Shown here: positions 9,320-18,601 of the stretch, piece after piece
How positions within the stretch are numbered: the first letter of the stretch is position 1
Layout: every line of letters starts with the position of its first letter
Assembly: GCA_965541585.1 (NCBI GenBank)
Contig: CBEUCH010000001.1
Coordinates: 224,001 to 288,000 of the forward strand
Source: an uncultured bacterium
GTDB lineage: Bacteria > Zixibacteria > MSB-5A5 > UBA10806
Direction of reading: 5' to 3'
Length of the DNA stretch: 64,000 bases
Made by a program: the position numbers and the translations under genes
The notes under the pieces: generated by a model
The model's database searches: none
The model's input: only the letters and a program-made list of their open reading frames with translations
What the model was told of the DNA's origin: nothing

Positions 9320-10638
9320 ACAGGTTAGCGCTATCGTTATTGTTATTCTTTTCTTCGCCCGTGCTTGCCCAGAGACAGGCCTATGTGGTCAATAACCTGG
9401 CCGAGACGCTATCCATGATCGATCTGGAGGAGGAAACGGTCGAAAATCATATTGTCGTTCTGGGCGAAACCCCGAATCAGGTGGTTTATCATGGGGATTA
9501 TCTCTACATAGTCAATTCGATTTCGGCAAACGTGCAGAAAATAGACCAACAGACTCATCAGCAGGTAGCCGATATTTATCTGCCCATCGGATCGAATCCC
9601 TATTTTATTGCCTTTGACCAGGACTACGGGTATGTCACCGGATGGGTCTCGGGGAAGGTATATGAGATTGACCTTTCGACAGACCAGGTGGGCCGGGAGA
9701 TTGAGATTGGCGGTTTCCCGGAGGGAATCCTCCTTGCCGACGGATTATTATATGTTACCCAGACCTATTTCAATCCGGACGATTTCAGCTACGGTCAGGG
9801 AAAAATTGCCATAGTTGATCCGGTAGCCTTCACGCTTGAACGCCAGGTTGATGTCGGCAAGAACCCGCAATGGATCAGCCGGGCGCCCGATGGCCGCCTG
9901 CATATCGTCTGCACCGGTAATTATTTCGATGTCGAGGGCTCGGTATATATTTTCGATCCGGTTTCTGAGACCGTGGCTGATTCTGTCTTGATCGGCGGGC
10001 AGCCGGCCATGCTGGCGATATCATCTCCAGGGATAGGGTATCTGGCGGCAGGAGGCTGGATCGATCATGGACATATATACTCCTATGACATTCAGTCAGG
10101 AGATATTCTGCGGGGCCCGTCGAATCCCATAATAGCCGGGCTCGGTGTGACCTGGGTGGCGGTCGATTCCCTGGGATTTATATATTCCTGCAATTTTGGC
10201 GATGATACGGTCTCGAAGCTTTCGCCATCGGGAGAGATCCTTGGCTCTTTTAACATGGGGGATGGCCCCATTTCGATAACCATTGTCGATGACGTTATTA
10301 TCGGGATCGAACCGGAGGAAAATGTCAACCTTCCCGACAGAACCGGGCTTCTGGACAATTATCCCAATCCTTTTAACTCCGGGACGCTTATAAGATACGA
10401 ATTGCCGCCCGCCGATATGGCGCCGTTGACAATAGAGATATACGATCTGGTGGGCAGGCGGGTGAAATTGTTCCGATTGGAAACCGGAGACCGTAAAGGT
10501 GTAGTTTACTGGGATGGCACCGACGATACTGGTGGAGATTGCGCCAGCGGATCGTATTTCGCACGGCTGGCAGGCTCACGCGGCCCGGATGATGAATTAT
10601 CTTCAGAGGTTGTCGTAAAAATGATGATGATCAGATAG
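9316..10638 (+). CDS. YncE/BtuG-like beta-propeller with C-terminal sorting domain
   Basis: ATGA overlap with btuB; about 40-aa repeats (AYVVN, LYIVNS, GYVTG, LYVTQ); CTD NYPNPFNS...WDGTDD..G...SGSYFARL. Confidence 0.75.
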   Translation: MNRLALSLLLFFSSPVLAQRQAYVVNNLAETLSMIDLEEETVENHIVVLGETPNQVVYHGDYLYIVNSISANVQKIDQQTHQQVADIYLPIGSNPYFIAFDQDYGYVTGWVSGKVYEIDLSTDQVGREIEIGGFPEGILLADGLLYVTQTYFNPDDFSYGQGKIAIVDPVAFTLERQVDVGKNPQWISRAPDGRLHIVCTGNYFDVEGSVYIFDPVSETVADSVLIGGQPAMLAISSPGIGYLAAGGWIDHGHIYSYDIQSGDILRGPSNPIIAGLGVTWVAVDSLGFIYSCNFGDDTVSKLSPSGEILGSFNMGDGPISITIVDDVIIGIEPEENVNLPDRTGLLDNYPNPFNSGTLIRYELPPADMAPLTIEIYDLVGRRVKLFRLETGDRKGVVYWDGTDDTGGDCASGSYFARLAGSRGPDDELSSEVVVKMMMIR

Positions 10639-10746
10639 GGATCTTCGTCCGAAATTGGCGATATGAGGTTTTGAGAAAATAGAGATTGCCCGGAATGGCA
10701 TATTGGTTATATTACCAAGTTGAGCAAGATATTGAAGGAGGAATGA

Positions 10747-10971
10747 TTGAAAGCTAAGATTCATCCAAAGTATTACGAGACGACAATTAAGTGCGCCTGC
10801 GGGAACGCCATAGAAACGAGATCGACCGTGAAGAATATCACGGTTGAAATCTGTTCCAGCTGTCATCCGTTTTTTACCGGCAAACAGAAACTGGTCGATA
10901 CAGCAGGACGGGTCGAGCGGTTCCGCACCAAGTACGCCAAGCACCTGGATTTGAAAAAGAAGGCAAAGTAA
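10747..10971 (+). CDS. rpmE: 50S ribosomal protein L31, zinc-binding type
   Basis: IHPKY...CACG...[29 protein letters not shown] start after AAGGAGG. Confidence 0.97.
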   Translation: MKAKIHPKYYETTIKCACGNAIETRSTVKNITVEICSSCHPFFTGKQKLVDTAGRVERFRTKYAKHLDLKKKAK

Positions 10972-11011
10972 GGGGCTTTTTTCTCAGGCTTGCAGGAGGC
11001 CTGCTTTTCGT

Positions 11012-12016
11012 ATGCGTCGCGGAATGTTTGAAAGCGGTTTATTGCCGAGGTTGTCGCTGTTATTGAAGGCGGCTTTCTCAGTGGATAAGAACGTCGGAGG
11101 GCAGGCGGTAATAGAGGGGGTCATGATACGATCTCCGGAGAAGGTCTCGACATCCGTGCGGCTTCCCGATGGTAGAATAATCACCAAAACGGAGCCGTTC
11201 ATATCCCTGACGAAGAGAAAGAAGATTCTTGGCAAAGCGATCATCAGGGGAGTTGTTTCTTTTTTTGAAATGCTGATCCTGGGAATAAAAACTCTAAATT
11301 ATTCAGCCGAGATGGCGGCGTCCGGGGAGGATGGGCCTATTGCGGAGAAGGCAGACTCGCAATCCGGCAATTTTAACCTGGCGATCGCAATTACGGTAAT
11401 TATATCCCTGGCCCTGGCCATGACGTTGTTCTTTTTTCTGCCGATTCTTATTACGCAACTTTTATCGATCAACAGGGAAGCGCTGGAATTCAATATTGCG
11501 GCGGGATGTGTCAGGCTGGCGATATTCCTGGCATACGTCTGGGTCCTCTCCTGGTTCAGCAGCTTCAGACGAATATTCCAGTATCATGGAGCGGAACATA
11601 AATCGATTTTCGCCTTTGAAGCCGACATGCCTCTGAAAGTGGAGTCGACTCATGGTTTCTCGACCCATCATCCCCGGTGCGGCACCAGCTTCATTCTGAT
11701 CGTTGCCATGTTTGCGATTCTTACATATTCGGTTTCCGATACTGTTTTTGCAATTGTTTTTGGACACGCGCCCGGTGTACTCGAGAGATTTTCCACTCAT
11801 TTGCTTTTCCTTCCGATCGTTGCCGGAACATCCTTCGAGCTTCTGAAACTCTCGGGCAAAACCCGCAATAATCCTGTCACCAGAATATTGATCGCGCCCG
11901 GACTCTGGCTGCAGCGAATCACAACCAATGAGCCGTCGGATGATCAAGTGGAGGTCGCCCTTACGGCACTGAGAAGCTCAATTGCCGGTACCTCTCTGGA
12001 TCCCGAACCCGTTTAA
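11012..12016 (+). CDS. DUF1385 membrane protein (start may be GTG 11081)
   Basis: GGQAVIEGVM, FQYHGAEHK, HPRCGTSF, PGLWLQRITT; usual rpmE-prfA neighbour. Confidence 0.9.
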   Translation: MRRGMFESGLLPRLSLLLKAAFSVDKNVGGQAVIEGVMIRSPEKVSTSVRLPDGRIITKTEPFISLTKRKKILGKAIIRGVVSFFEMLILGIKTLNYSAEMAASGEDGPIAEKADSQSGNFNLAIAITVIISLALAMTLFFFLPILITQLLSINREALEFNIAAGCVRLAIFLAYVWVLSWFSSFRRIFQYHGAEHKSIFAFEADMPLKVESTHGFSTHHPRCGTSFILIVAMFAILTYSVSDTVFAIVFGHAPGVLERFSTHLLFLPIVAGTSFELLKLSGKTRNNPVTRILIAPGLWLQRITTNEPSDDQVEVALTALRSSIAGTSLDPEPV

Positions 12017-12041
12017 GTTCTGAACTCGAAACCGGGATAAT

Positions 12042-13124
12042 ATGTCATCGGATTTATTAAAAGTATTGAAACAGGCGGAAGAGCGTTTTTCCGAACTTGT
12101 GGAAATTCTCTCCGATCCCCAGACGATCTCCGATAAGAAACGATTTCGGGAACTGGCCAAGGAGCAGTCGGATCTGGGGGAAACGGTTAAAAAGGGGGAA
12201 GAATATCGCAGAGTTTTAAAGGAGATCGATGAGAACCGCGAGCTGATGGAATCCCCCGCTGATCCGGAACTGGCCGAGATGGCTAAAGCCGAGGCCGACG
12301 AGCTTGGGGAAAAACTGAATAACCTGCGTACCGAGCTGGGGCTTCTCTTAATCCCCAAAAACCCGGGCGATTACAAGAACGCTATAGTGGAAATCCGGGC
12401 TGGAACCGGCGGAGGGGAGGCGGCACTTTTTGCCGCCGATCTCTACAGAATGTACAGCAGATTTATCGAGACAAAAGCCTGGAAAAAAGATGTCATGAAC
12501 ACCAACAGCACCGGTATCGGCGGTTTGAAGGAGATCATTTTTTCCGTAGAGGGCAAGGGAGCTTTTGGAGAGTTGAAACTCGAATCAGGAGTACACCGTG
12601 TACAGAGGGTGCCGCGAACCGAGGCTTCCGGCCGCCTCCACACGTCGGCGGCAAGCGTTGTCGTTTTGCCGGAGGCGGAGGAGGTTGACCTGCATATAGC
12701 ACCTCAGGATCTTAAGATAGATGTCTATCGATCCTCAGGGCCGGGCGGGCAATCCGTCAATACTTCCGATTCGGCGGTGCGAATAACTCACCTGCCGACC
12801 AATACCGTTGTCACCTGCCAGGATGAGAAATCACAATTGAAGAACAAGAATAAAGCCATGAAAATAATGCGCGCTCGCCTGCACGATAAGGCAATGAAGG
12901 AACAGCATGATAATATCGCCCGGCAGCGAAAGAACCAGGTCGGGACGGGGGATCGTTCCGAGAAAATACGAACCTACAATTTTCCGCAAAACAGGGTTAC
13001 CGATCATAGATTCGGGTTGACTCTGTATGATCTCGAAAATATCTTGGACGGCGATATCGGCGAACTGATCGGCGCGGCCAGGAAGGCGGCCTACGAATTG
13101 CAGTTGAAAGGAAATAAAGGATAA
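12042..13124 (+). CDS. prfA: Peptide chain release factor 1
   Basis: GPGGQSVN, PRT tripeptide (RF1-type PxT), EIRAGTGG, RSEKIRTYNFPQNRVTDHR. Confidence 0.97.
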   Translation: MSSDLLKVLKQAEERFSELVEILSDPQTISDKKRFRELAKEQSDLGETVKKGEEYRRVLKEIDENRELMESPADPELAEMAKAEADELGEKLNNLRTELGLLLIPKNPGDYKNAIVEIRAGTGGGEAALFAADLYRMYSRFIETKAWKKDVMNTNSTGIGGLKEIIFSVEGKGAFGELKLESGVHRVQRVPRTEASGRLHTSAASVVVLPEAEEVDLHIAPQDLKIDVYRSSGPGGQSVNTSDSAVRITHLPTNTVVTCQDEKSQLKNKNKAMKIMRARLHDKAMKEQHDNIARQRKNQVGTGDRSEKIRTYNFPQNRVTDHRFGLTLYDLENILDGDIGELIGAARKAAYELQLKGNKG

Positions 13125-13126
13125 CA

Positions 13127-13930
13127 GTGGTGCGTTATGTGGCGGCTCTGGCGCTGACTATCTTGATGCTGGGAATAGCCAGGCGGATCTCGACTCGACA
13201 TCCCACCGATCATTCCGCCGAAGCCGGAGGCATTACACTAAGCCATCGAACGGTCACGGAAGACTTTGGTGACGGCCCAAGAATCGATATGAAGGCGACC
13301 TCTACCGAGGGACTGGTGGCTATAGTGTTTTATTCGCAGGTTGATGGCGGACCATACACGGCTGACAGCCTGAGCCGCATGCCTGATGGATTCTCGGCGA
13401 TCCTACCCGTGCTTGAGAAGGGAAAGAGATGGTATTATCATATCAAAGCCTATCAATCCGAAAAGGAAAGAGCGAAATTTCCTCCCGGACCCGACCAGTT
13501 TATTAAATTTAAAGGACATGTTCCCGCCTATATTTTAGTTCCTCATATTTTTTGTATGTTCGCCACCATATTTTTCGGTTTGCTGACAGTTATTTCATCA
13601 ATAAACGCTGTTAAGGGGAAAGCGGATATCAAGCAATCCGTTCGCTACCTGCTATGGACTGTAATCTTTGCTTTTATCGGGAGCTTCCCGCTGGGGTATA
13701 TTGTGGCCTATCTTGCATTCGGCCAGGGATGGAGCGGGATCCCGATCGGCTGGGACATTACCGATAATAAGACCGTAATTTTATTTCTCTTCTGGCTGGT
13801 GACATTTATCCTCGCCCGGAAAGGACTTAAAGGCGAACGTATGGTGATATCGAAAAAGGCTTATATGTCTCTGGTGTTAACGAGCTTGATAGTAACCTTT
13901 ATAGCTTTCGTAATTCCCCACTCGATCTGA
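13127..13930 (+). CDS. Hypothetical membrane protein (extracytoplasmic domain plus about 4 C-terminal TM helices)
   Basis: Hydropathy pattern; 2-nt and 1-nt gaps to its neighbours. Confidence 0.75.
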   Translation: MVRYVAALALTILMLGIARRISTRHPTDHSAEAGGITLSHRTVTEDFGDGPRIDMKATSTEGLVAIVFYSQVDGGPYTADSLSRMPDGFSAILPVLEKGKRWYYHIKAYQSEKERAKFPPGPDQFIKFKGHVPAYILVPHIFCMFATIFFGLLTVISSINAVKGKADIKQSVRYLLWTVIFAFIGSFPLGYIVAYLAFGQGWSGIPIGWDITDNKTVILFLFWLVTFILARKGLKGERMVISKKAYMSLVLTSLIVTFIAFVIPHSI

Positions 13931-13931
13931 T

Positions 13932-15377
13932 ATGGCTGATATCGAGAAAATAGTTGCTGCAGCCGTTGAGAAAGCGGAATCCCTCGGTTCCAGTTACGCC
14001 GATTGCCGGTATATAGAGATCGATGATGAATCTTTGTCGTTTTCGGACGGCTCGCCGGAATCGGTCAATAGATCGATCGATAAGGGATTCGGGATCAGGG
14101 TAATTGCCGACGGCGCTTGGGGTTTTTTTGGATCGTCCATATTATCGGAGAGTGAAGCTTCAAGGGCGGCGAAAAAGGCGGTGGAGATCGCCAAGGCATC
14201 CGCCCGCTTAAATGATGCCCCCGTGGAACTGACGACGGTCAGTTCATATACCGGCAGTTATGTATCTAACTTCAAAACCGATCCGTTCACAATAAGTCTG
14301 CCTGAGAAGATCGATTATCTGGAAAATATCGATCGGCTGATGGCGAAAAACGATCAGATAAATAGCCGCAGTTCGCATGTAGATTTCAGGAAGATCACCT
14401 CATATCTTATGTCAACGATCGGAACAAGAATCCACCAGACAATCATACAGACCGGTGCAGGGATTGAATTTGGTATCATGAAGTCGAGAAGGGAGCGTGC
14501 CTCCAGAAGCTACCCGCAAAACGGCGGTCAGTATGAATGCAAGGGATATGAACTTTTAGCTGAAATAGATTTCGAGAATAATATTCCTAAACTAACAGAT
14601 GAGGTCATCGCTCTTTTGGGCGCGCCGGACTGTCCTTCCACGACGACCTCGCTGATTCTGGAAGGGTCGGTTGTGGGGCTTGTTATTCACGAACTGATAG
14701 GGCATCCGTTGGAGCTGGACAGGGTATTCGGTTCGGAGCGGAATTTTTCGGGGACAAGTTTTGCCACGACAGATAAACTCGGGAATCTTCGATATGGCTC
14801 TTCTCTGATCAACGTGGTATCCGATCCGACTCACGCTTACGGGCTGGGATCATTCGGCTATGACGATGAAGGGGCAAAATCCCATAGGGTTAGCCTGATA
14901 AAGGACGGTACTCTGATGGGCTACCTGTCGTCGAGGGAGACGGCGGCAAGAATCGGGAGACAATCATCGGGAGCCATGCGCGCCGACGGATGGGGAAATA
15001 TCCCGTTAGTGAGAATGACAAACATTAATCTCGAGGCGGGTGATAAGTCTTTCGATGATCTATTATCGATGGTGGACGACGGTATTTACATGTCAACCAT
15101 CTCCTCCTGGTCGCCGTCGGACGACCGTTCCAGCTTCGAGTTCGGCAGCGAAATCGCCCGGGAGATCAAAGGCGGAAAACTCGGCCAGATACTGAAAAAT
15201 CCGACGTTCTCCGGGCGAACTGTGGATTTTTGGAATTCGGTCGAGGCAATCGGGGACGAATCGCTCTGGAAGGTCTGGGGAACCCCGAACTGCGGCAAGG
15301 GTCAGCCGGGGCAGAATGCCCGGACGGGTCAGGGAGCATCGCCCATTCTGGTTTCAAAAGTTAAGGTGGGTGCCTGA
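13932..15377 (+). CDS. tldD: TldD family metalloprotease subunit
   Basis: GFGIRV...GAWGF; HELIGH (HExxxH); GSFGYDDEG; RMTN; CGKGQP. Confidence 0.92.
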   Translation: MADIEKIVAAAVEKAESLGSSYADCRYIEIDDESLSFSDGSPESVNRSIDKGFGIRVIADGAWGFFGSSILSESEASRAAKKAVEIAKASARLNDAPVELTTVSSYTGSYVSNFKTDPFTISLPEKIDYLENIDRLMAKNDQINSRSSHVDFRKITSYLMSTIGTRIHQTIIQTGAGIEFGIMKSRRERASRSYPQNGGQYECKGYELLAEIDFENNIPKLTDEVIALLGAPDCPSTTTSLILEGSVVGLVIHELIGHPLELDRVFGSERNFSGTSFATTDKLGNLRYGSSLINVVSDPTHAYGLGSFGYDDEGAKSHRVSLIKDGTLMGYLSSRETAARIGRQSSGAMRADGWGNIPLVRMTNINLEAGDKSFDDLLSMVDDGIYMSTISSWSPSDDRSSFEFGSEIAREIKGGKLGQILKNPTFSGRTVDFWNSVEAIGDESLWKVWGTPNCGKGQPGQNARTGQGASPILVSKVKVGA

Positions 15378-16705
15378 TGATGGACGAGAAGATCATCGAG
15401 ACCTTTAAAGGCGCCATTAAGAGTTCTGCTGCAGATCAAACCGAACTGGTATGCGAATCGGAGGAATTCTACCTTACCCGGTTCGCGGAGAATCTGATTC
15501 ATCAGAATATGGGGCGCTCTGATTCTACTATATGGTGCCGTGCCATATTCGGGAAAAGAATCGGAGTTGCCCGCTCCAACGATCCCGGCCGGGAGAGTGT
15601 TTCACAGCTGATCAAAGTTGCTTCCGATATCGCTTTAAATCAAAATGAGGATCCCAAATTCGAAACGCTTGTCGGATCGCCCGATAGCGTGAGTTCATTC
15701 GGTTTTTATGCCAATACCGGGGAATTCCCTGCTGTCCGCAGGGCGGAGGCTGTCGCCGAGATTGTGGGTCGTGCAAAATCGAACAACCTCACCTGCGCCG
15801 GCACCTACCAGACGTCAGCCACGTCACTGGCGGTTGTGAATTCCCTGGGCACTGAGAAATTTGCCCGGAATACCGAATACAGGTTCACCCTGACTGCCGC
15901 GGCCCCCAATGGCAAATCCGGATGGGCTCAGGCGGCGGGGCGTGACGTCGATCGGTTTGACTTCAGGTCGGTTTCACAGCGCGCTCTCGATAAGGCCGCC
16001 TTCGAGGGTGACCCGGTTGAGTTGGAGTCGGGGCAATATACCGTGATACTCGAGCCCGACGCGGTGGCGAATTTTCTTCTGTTTCTGGCCTTCCTTGGTT
16101 TCGGCGGGAAGACGCTTTTTCAGCATCGCAGTTTCATGAGCGGCAGGATCGGGGAGAAGATTACGGGAGATAACATAACCATCAGCGAGGATCCCTTTCA
16201 TCCGGCAATTGAATACATGCCTTTCGATTATGAAGGTGTCCCCAAAAGAAAAATCGGCATAATCGAAAATGGCGTGGCAAAGGCGGGCGTGTATAACAGC
16301 TACTACGCGCAGCTTGCGGGAACCGAATCTACGGGCCATGCGCTGCCGCCGGATAACAGCTACGGGCCCTATCCCAAGGCAATGGTTCTGGGGGCCGGCG
16401 ATAAAAGCGTCGATGAGATGATCGCATCGACACAATCAGGCATATATATAACCCGCTTCTGGTATTTGAATTTTCTCAATCCCATGGAAACTTTAGTAAC
16501 CGGCTATACCCGCGATGGGACGTTCCTGATAGAAAACGGCAGGATTACAAAGCCTGTGGTCGATATGCGGATTCAGCAATCCATGCTGGAGGCATTCTCC
16601 AATGCGGAGATGATCTCGACCGAACAGAGGTTGATTCCGCAGTATGGCGCATTGATGCTGATTCCGTTTATGAAGATAAACAATTTCAATCTGAGCGTGA
16701 CCTGA
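15377..16705 (+). CDS. pmbA: TldE/PmbA family subunit
   Basis: LTRFAEN-IHQN, YTVILEP, PFDYEG, TGHA, TGYTRDG; no HExxxH; TGATG coupling to tldD. Confidence 0.88.
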   Translation: MMDEKIIETFKGAIKSSAADQTELVCESEEFYLTRFAENLIHQNMGRSDSTIWCRAIFGKRIGVARSNDPGRESVSQLIKVASDIALNQNEDPKFETLVGSPDSVSSFGFYANTGEFPAVRRAEAVAEIVGRAKSNNLTCAGTYQTSATSLAVVNSLGTEKFARNTEYRFTLTAAAPNGKSGWAQAAGRDVDRFDFRSVSQRALDKAAFEGDPVELESGQYTVILEPDAVANFLLFLAFLGFGGKTLFQHRSFMSGRIGEKITGDNITISEDPFHPAIEYMPFDYEGVPKRKIGIIENGVAKAGVYNSYYAQLAGTESTGHALPPDNSYGPYPKAMVLGAGDKSVDEMIASTQSGIYITRFWYLNFLNPMETLVTGYTRDGTFLIENGRITKPVVDMRIQQSMLEAFSNAEMISTEQRLIPQYGALMLIPFMKINNFNLSVT

Positions 16706-16708
16706 ATC

Positions 16709-17332
16709 ATGAAGACAACTCTCATTCTGGCCAATGTGGTAATTCTCTGCAGTTACCCGGCAGTCCAGTCGTTCAGCGGCGTATCGGCGGGAATGGCTAT
16801 AGAGTATAATCCTATAGCGAAATTGAGTTACCCCAACAGTGGTGGCGCCGAGTATGAGATCGTGGACAATGTAGCATGGGAACCGGGTGTTTATTACGAT
16901 TTTGCCACAGGATTTAGAACGGGCACGTTTTTGAATATTTACGGCAAAACTTACGATCCTGGCGGTACGGTTACGAAATCCAGGCTGTCGTCCTGGGGAA
17001 TCGGCCTGCTGGGAGACTACGCTCATGAATTGACGGAATCGGGCAGAACGCTTCTGATAAGCGGCATGGAGATTGGCTACGGTGAGTTTACTGATGACAA
17101 TATAAATTCTAAACGTTCAAGCGGTTCGATATGGATAGCCGGCATCGGTGGCCTGAGGTATTATTTCACTCCCGGTCTGTCAATGGAAGTTGATTACCGA
17201 GTTAAATGGCACCAGTACGACCTGACGGGTACGCCGGCCAAAACCTATGATTTTTCCGGTTCGACTATAAGAATATCAGTGGGCTATGGCTTCTACTCCT
17301 CGGAGGGGAAAGGGGATAATTCGAAACCATGA
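16709..17332 (+). CDS. Outer-membrane beta-barrel protein (OmpA/porin-like)
   Basis: Signal peptide; alternating beta strands; GGLRYYF and ISVGYGF aromatic strands. Confidence 0.65.
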   Translation: MKTTLILANVVILCSYPAVQSFSGVSAGMAIEYNPIAKLSYPNSGGAEYEIVDNVAWEPGVYYDFATGFRTGTFLNIYGKTYDPGGTVTKSRLSSWGIGLLGDYAHELTESGRTLLISGMEIGYGEFTDDNINSKRSSGSIWIAGIGGLRYYFTPGLSMEVDYRVKWHQYDLTGTPAKTYDFSGSTIRISVGYGFYSSEGKGDNSKP

Positions 17333-17556
17333 GGAGACGTCAATTTTTAGAGACTACGGCTCTGATGACAGCCGCATTCTGGGCGGGAGGATTTGTAGAT
17401 CCGGTCAACTCGCAGAATTCATTCGGGAATCTCGATGGCAACCATGATGGTCATAGGTATATCAGGCCTCGCATGTCCGGCGGAAGATGCCATGACCATC
17501 GACTCATGAGCGATGGTTTCCCGGCTCCATCCGAGAGGGAAATATTTGGCCTCTGA
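17329..17556 (+). CDS. Small protein with twin-arginine (Tat)-like signal
   Basis: MRRRQFLETTALMTAAFWAGG; ATGA overlap with the upstream gene; overlaps the prmC start. Confidence 0.55.
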   Translation: MRRRQFLETTALMTAAFWAGGFVDPVNSQNSFGNLDGNHDGHRYIRPRMSGGRCHDHRLMSDGFPAPSEREIFGL

Positions 17557-18430
17557 GGATGATCTGGATCTCGACGCGCTTCTACGATGGGGTAAGGATC
17601 GCCTTAAAACCGCCGGGATCGATGACTATGAAGTTTCTGCAGAAATAATATTAAGAGATATTATAAATCTCAGCCGCTCGGAATTAATCTTACAGTCGAA
17701 TAGAAGAATCACATCCGATCAGATTGACAGATATAAAAGCCTTATTGAGAAGCGGTCGAAACGCGTTCCGCTGCAATATCTGATTGAATTTGTCGAATTT
17801 TATAATGTCAGGATCAAATGCGATCGGAGAGCATTGATACCCCGACCGGAGACAGAAATCTTAGTCGAGAATGTGATTAAGCAGCTGAAAGATATAGAAT
17901 CACCATCTGTTCTCGATATCGGCACCGGCTCGGGGAATATCGCCATTTCGCTGGCTAAGAATATCGGAGATTCAAGGGTGACCGGGATAGATATTAGTGA
18001 GGAAGCATTAGAACTTGCCAGATCCAATGCCGGGTTAAATGATATACGGGGCAGGCTGAATTTGTTGGCAGGTGATATTAGAGATAAGAACTTTGTAGAA
18101 TCTCTGGGCCGATTCGATTGCGTGGTCTCTAATCCACCGTATATATCGGAGGATGAAATCGACAGGCTTCAACCGGAGGTAGTTGAGTTCGAACCGAGAA
18201 GGGCTCTGGTAAGCCCGGGAGACCCATCAGGATTCTTCAAAGTGATATTAGAGTTTATACCTGATATTCTCCGGCCGGGAGGGCTCCTGGCCTTTGAGGT
18301 TGGCCTGGGGCAGGCCGATGAAGTCGGAGATCTGATGTCAGGAGAGTTTGATGGGATCGAGCTTTTCAGGGATCTGGCGGGCATAAATCGGGTGGTCACA
18401 GGAAAATATGTCGAGCGCCAAAAGGCTTAG
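17546..18430 (+). CDS. prmC: Release factor glutamine methyltransferase (HemK)
   Basis: PLQYL, ALIPRPETE, LDIGTGSG, SNPPY, EP..AL; probable TTG start at 17546 after GAGAGGGA. Confidence 0.95.
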   Translation: MASEDDLDLDALLRWGKDRLKTAGIDDYEVSAEIILRDIINLSRSELILQSNRRITSDQIDRYKSLIEKRSKRVPLQYLIEFVEFYNVRIKCDRRALIPRPETEILVENVIKQLKDIESPSVLDIGTGSGNIAISLAKNIGDSRVTGIDISEEALELARSNAGLNDIRGRLNLLAGDIRDKNFVESLGRFDCVVSNPPYISEDEIDRLQPEVVEFEPRRALVSPGDPSGFFKVILEFIPDILRPGGLLAFEVGLGQADEVGDLMSGEFDGIELFRDLAGINRVVTGKYVERQKA

Positions 18431-18601
18431 GTGCTAAGTGTTCATTCAGGCCTTTTCCGGAGATCTGAATAGGTTGAATCCCGGGGGTGAGGATCGCTCA
18501 ATCTCTAATGTTTATGAAGCCCTGGCTGCAGCGAGAATCTTTTATAATCGACTCGTTTTTTTGAAGTTCTTGGAATACAAAGATCGAGAAGAGGCACGGC
18601 A

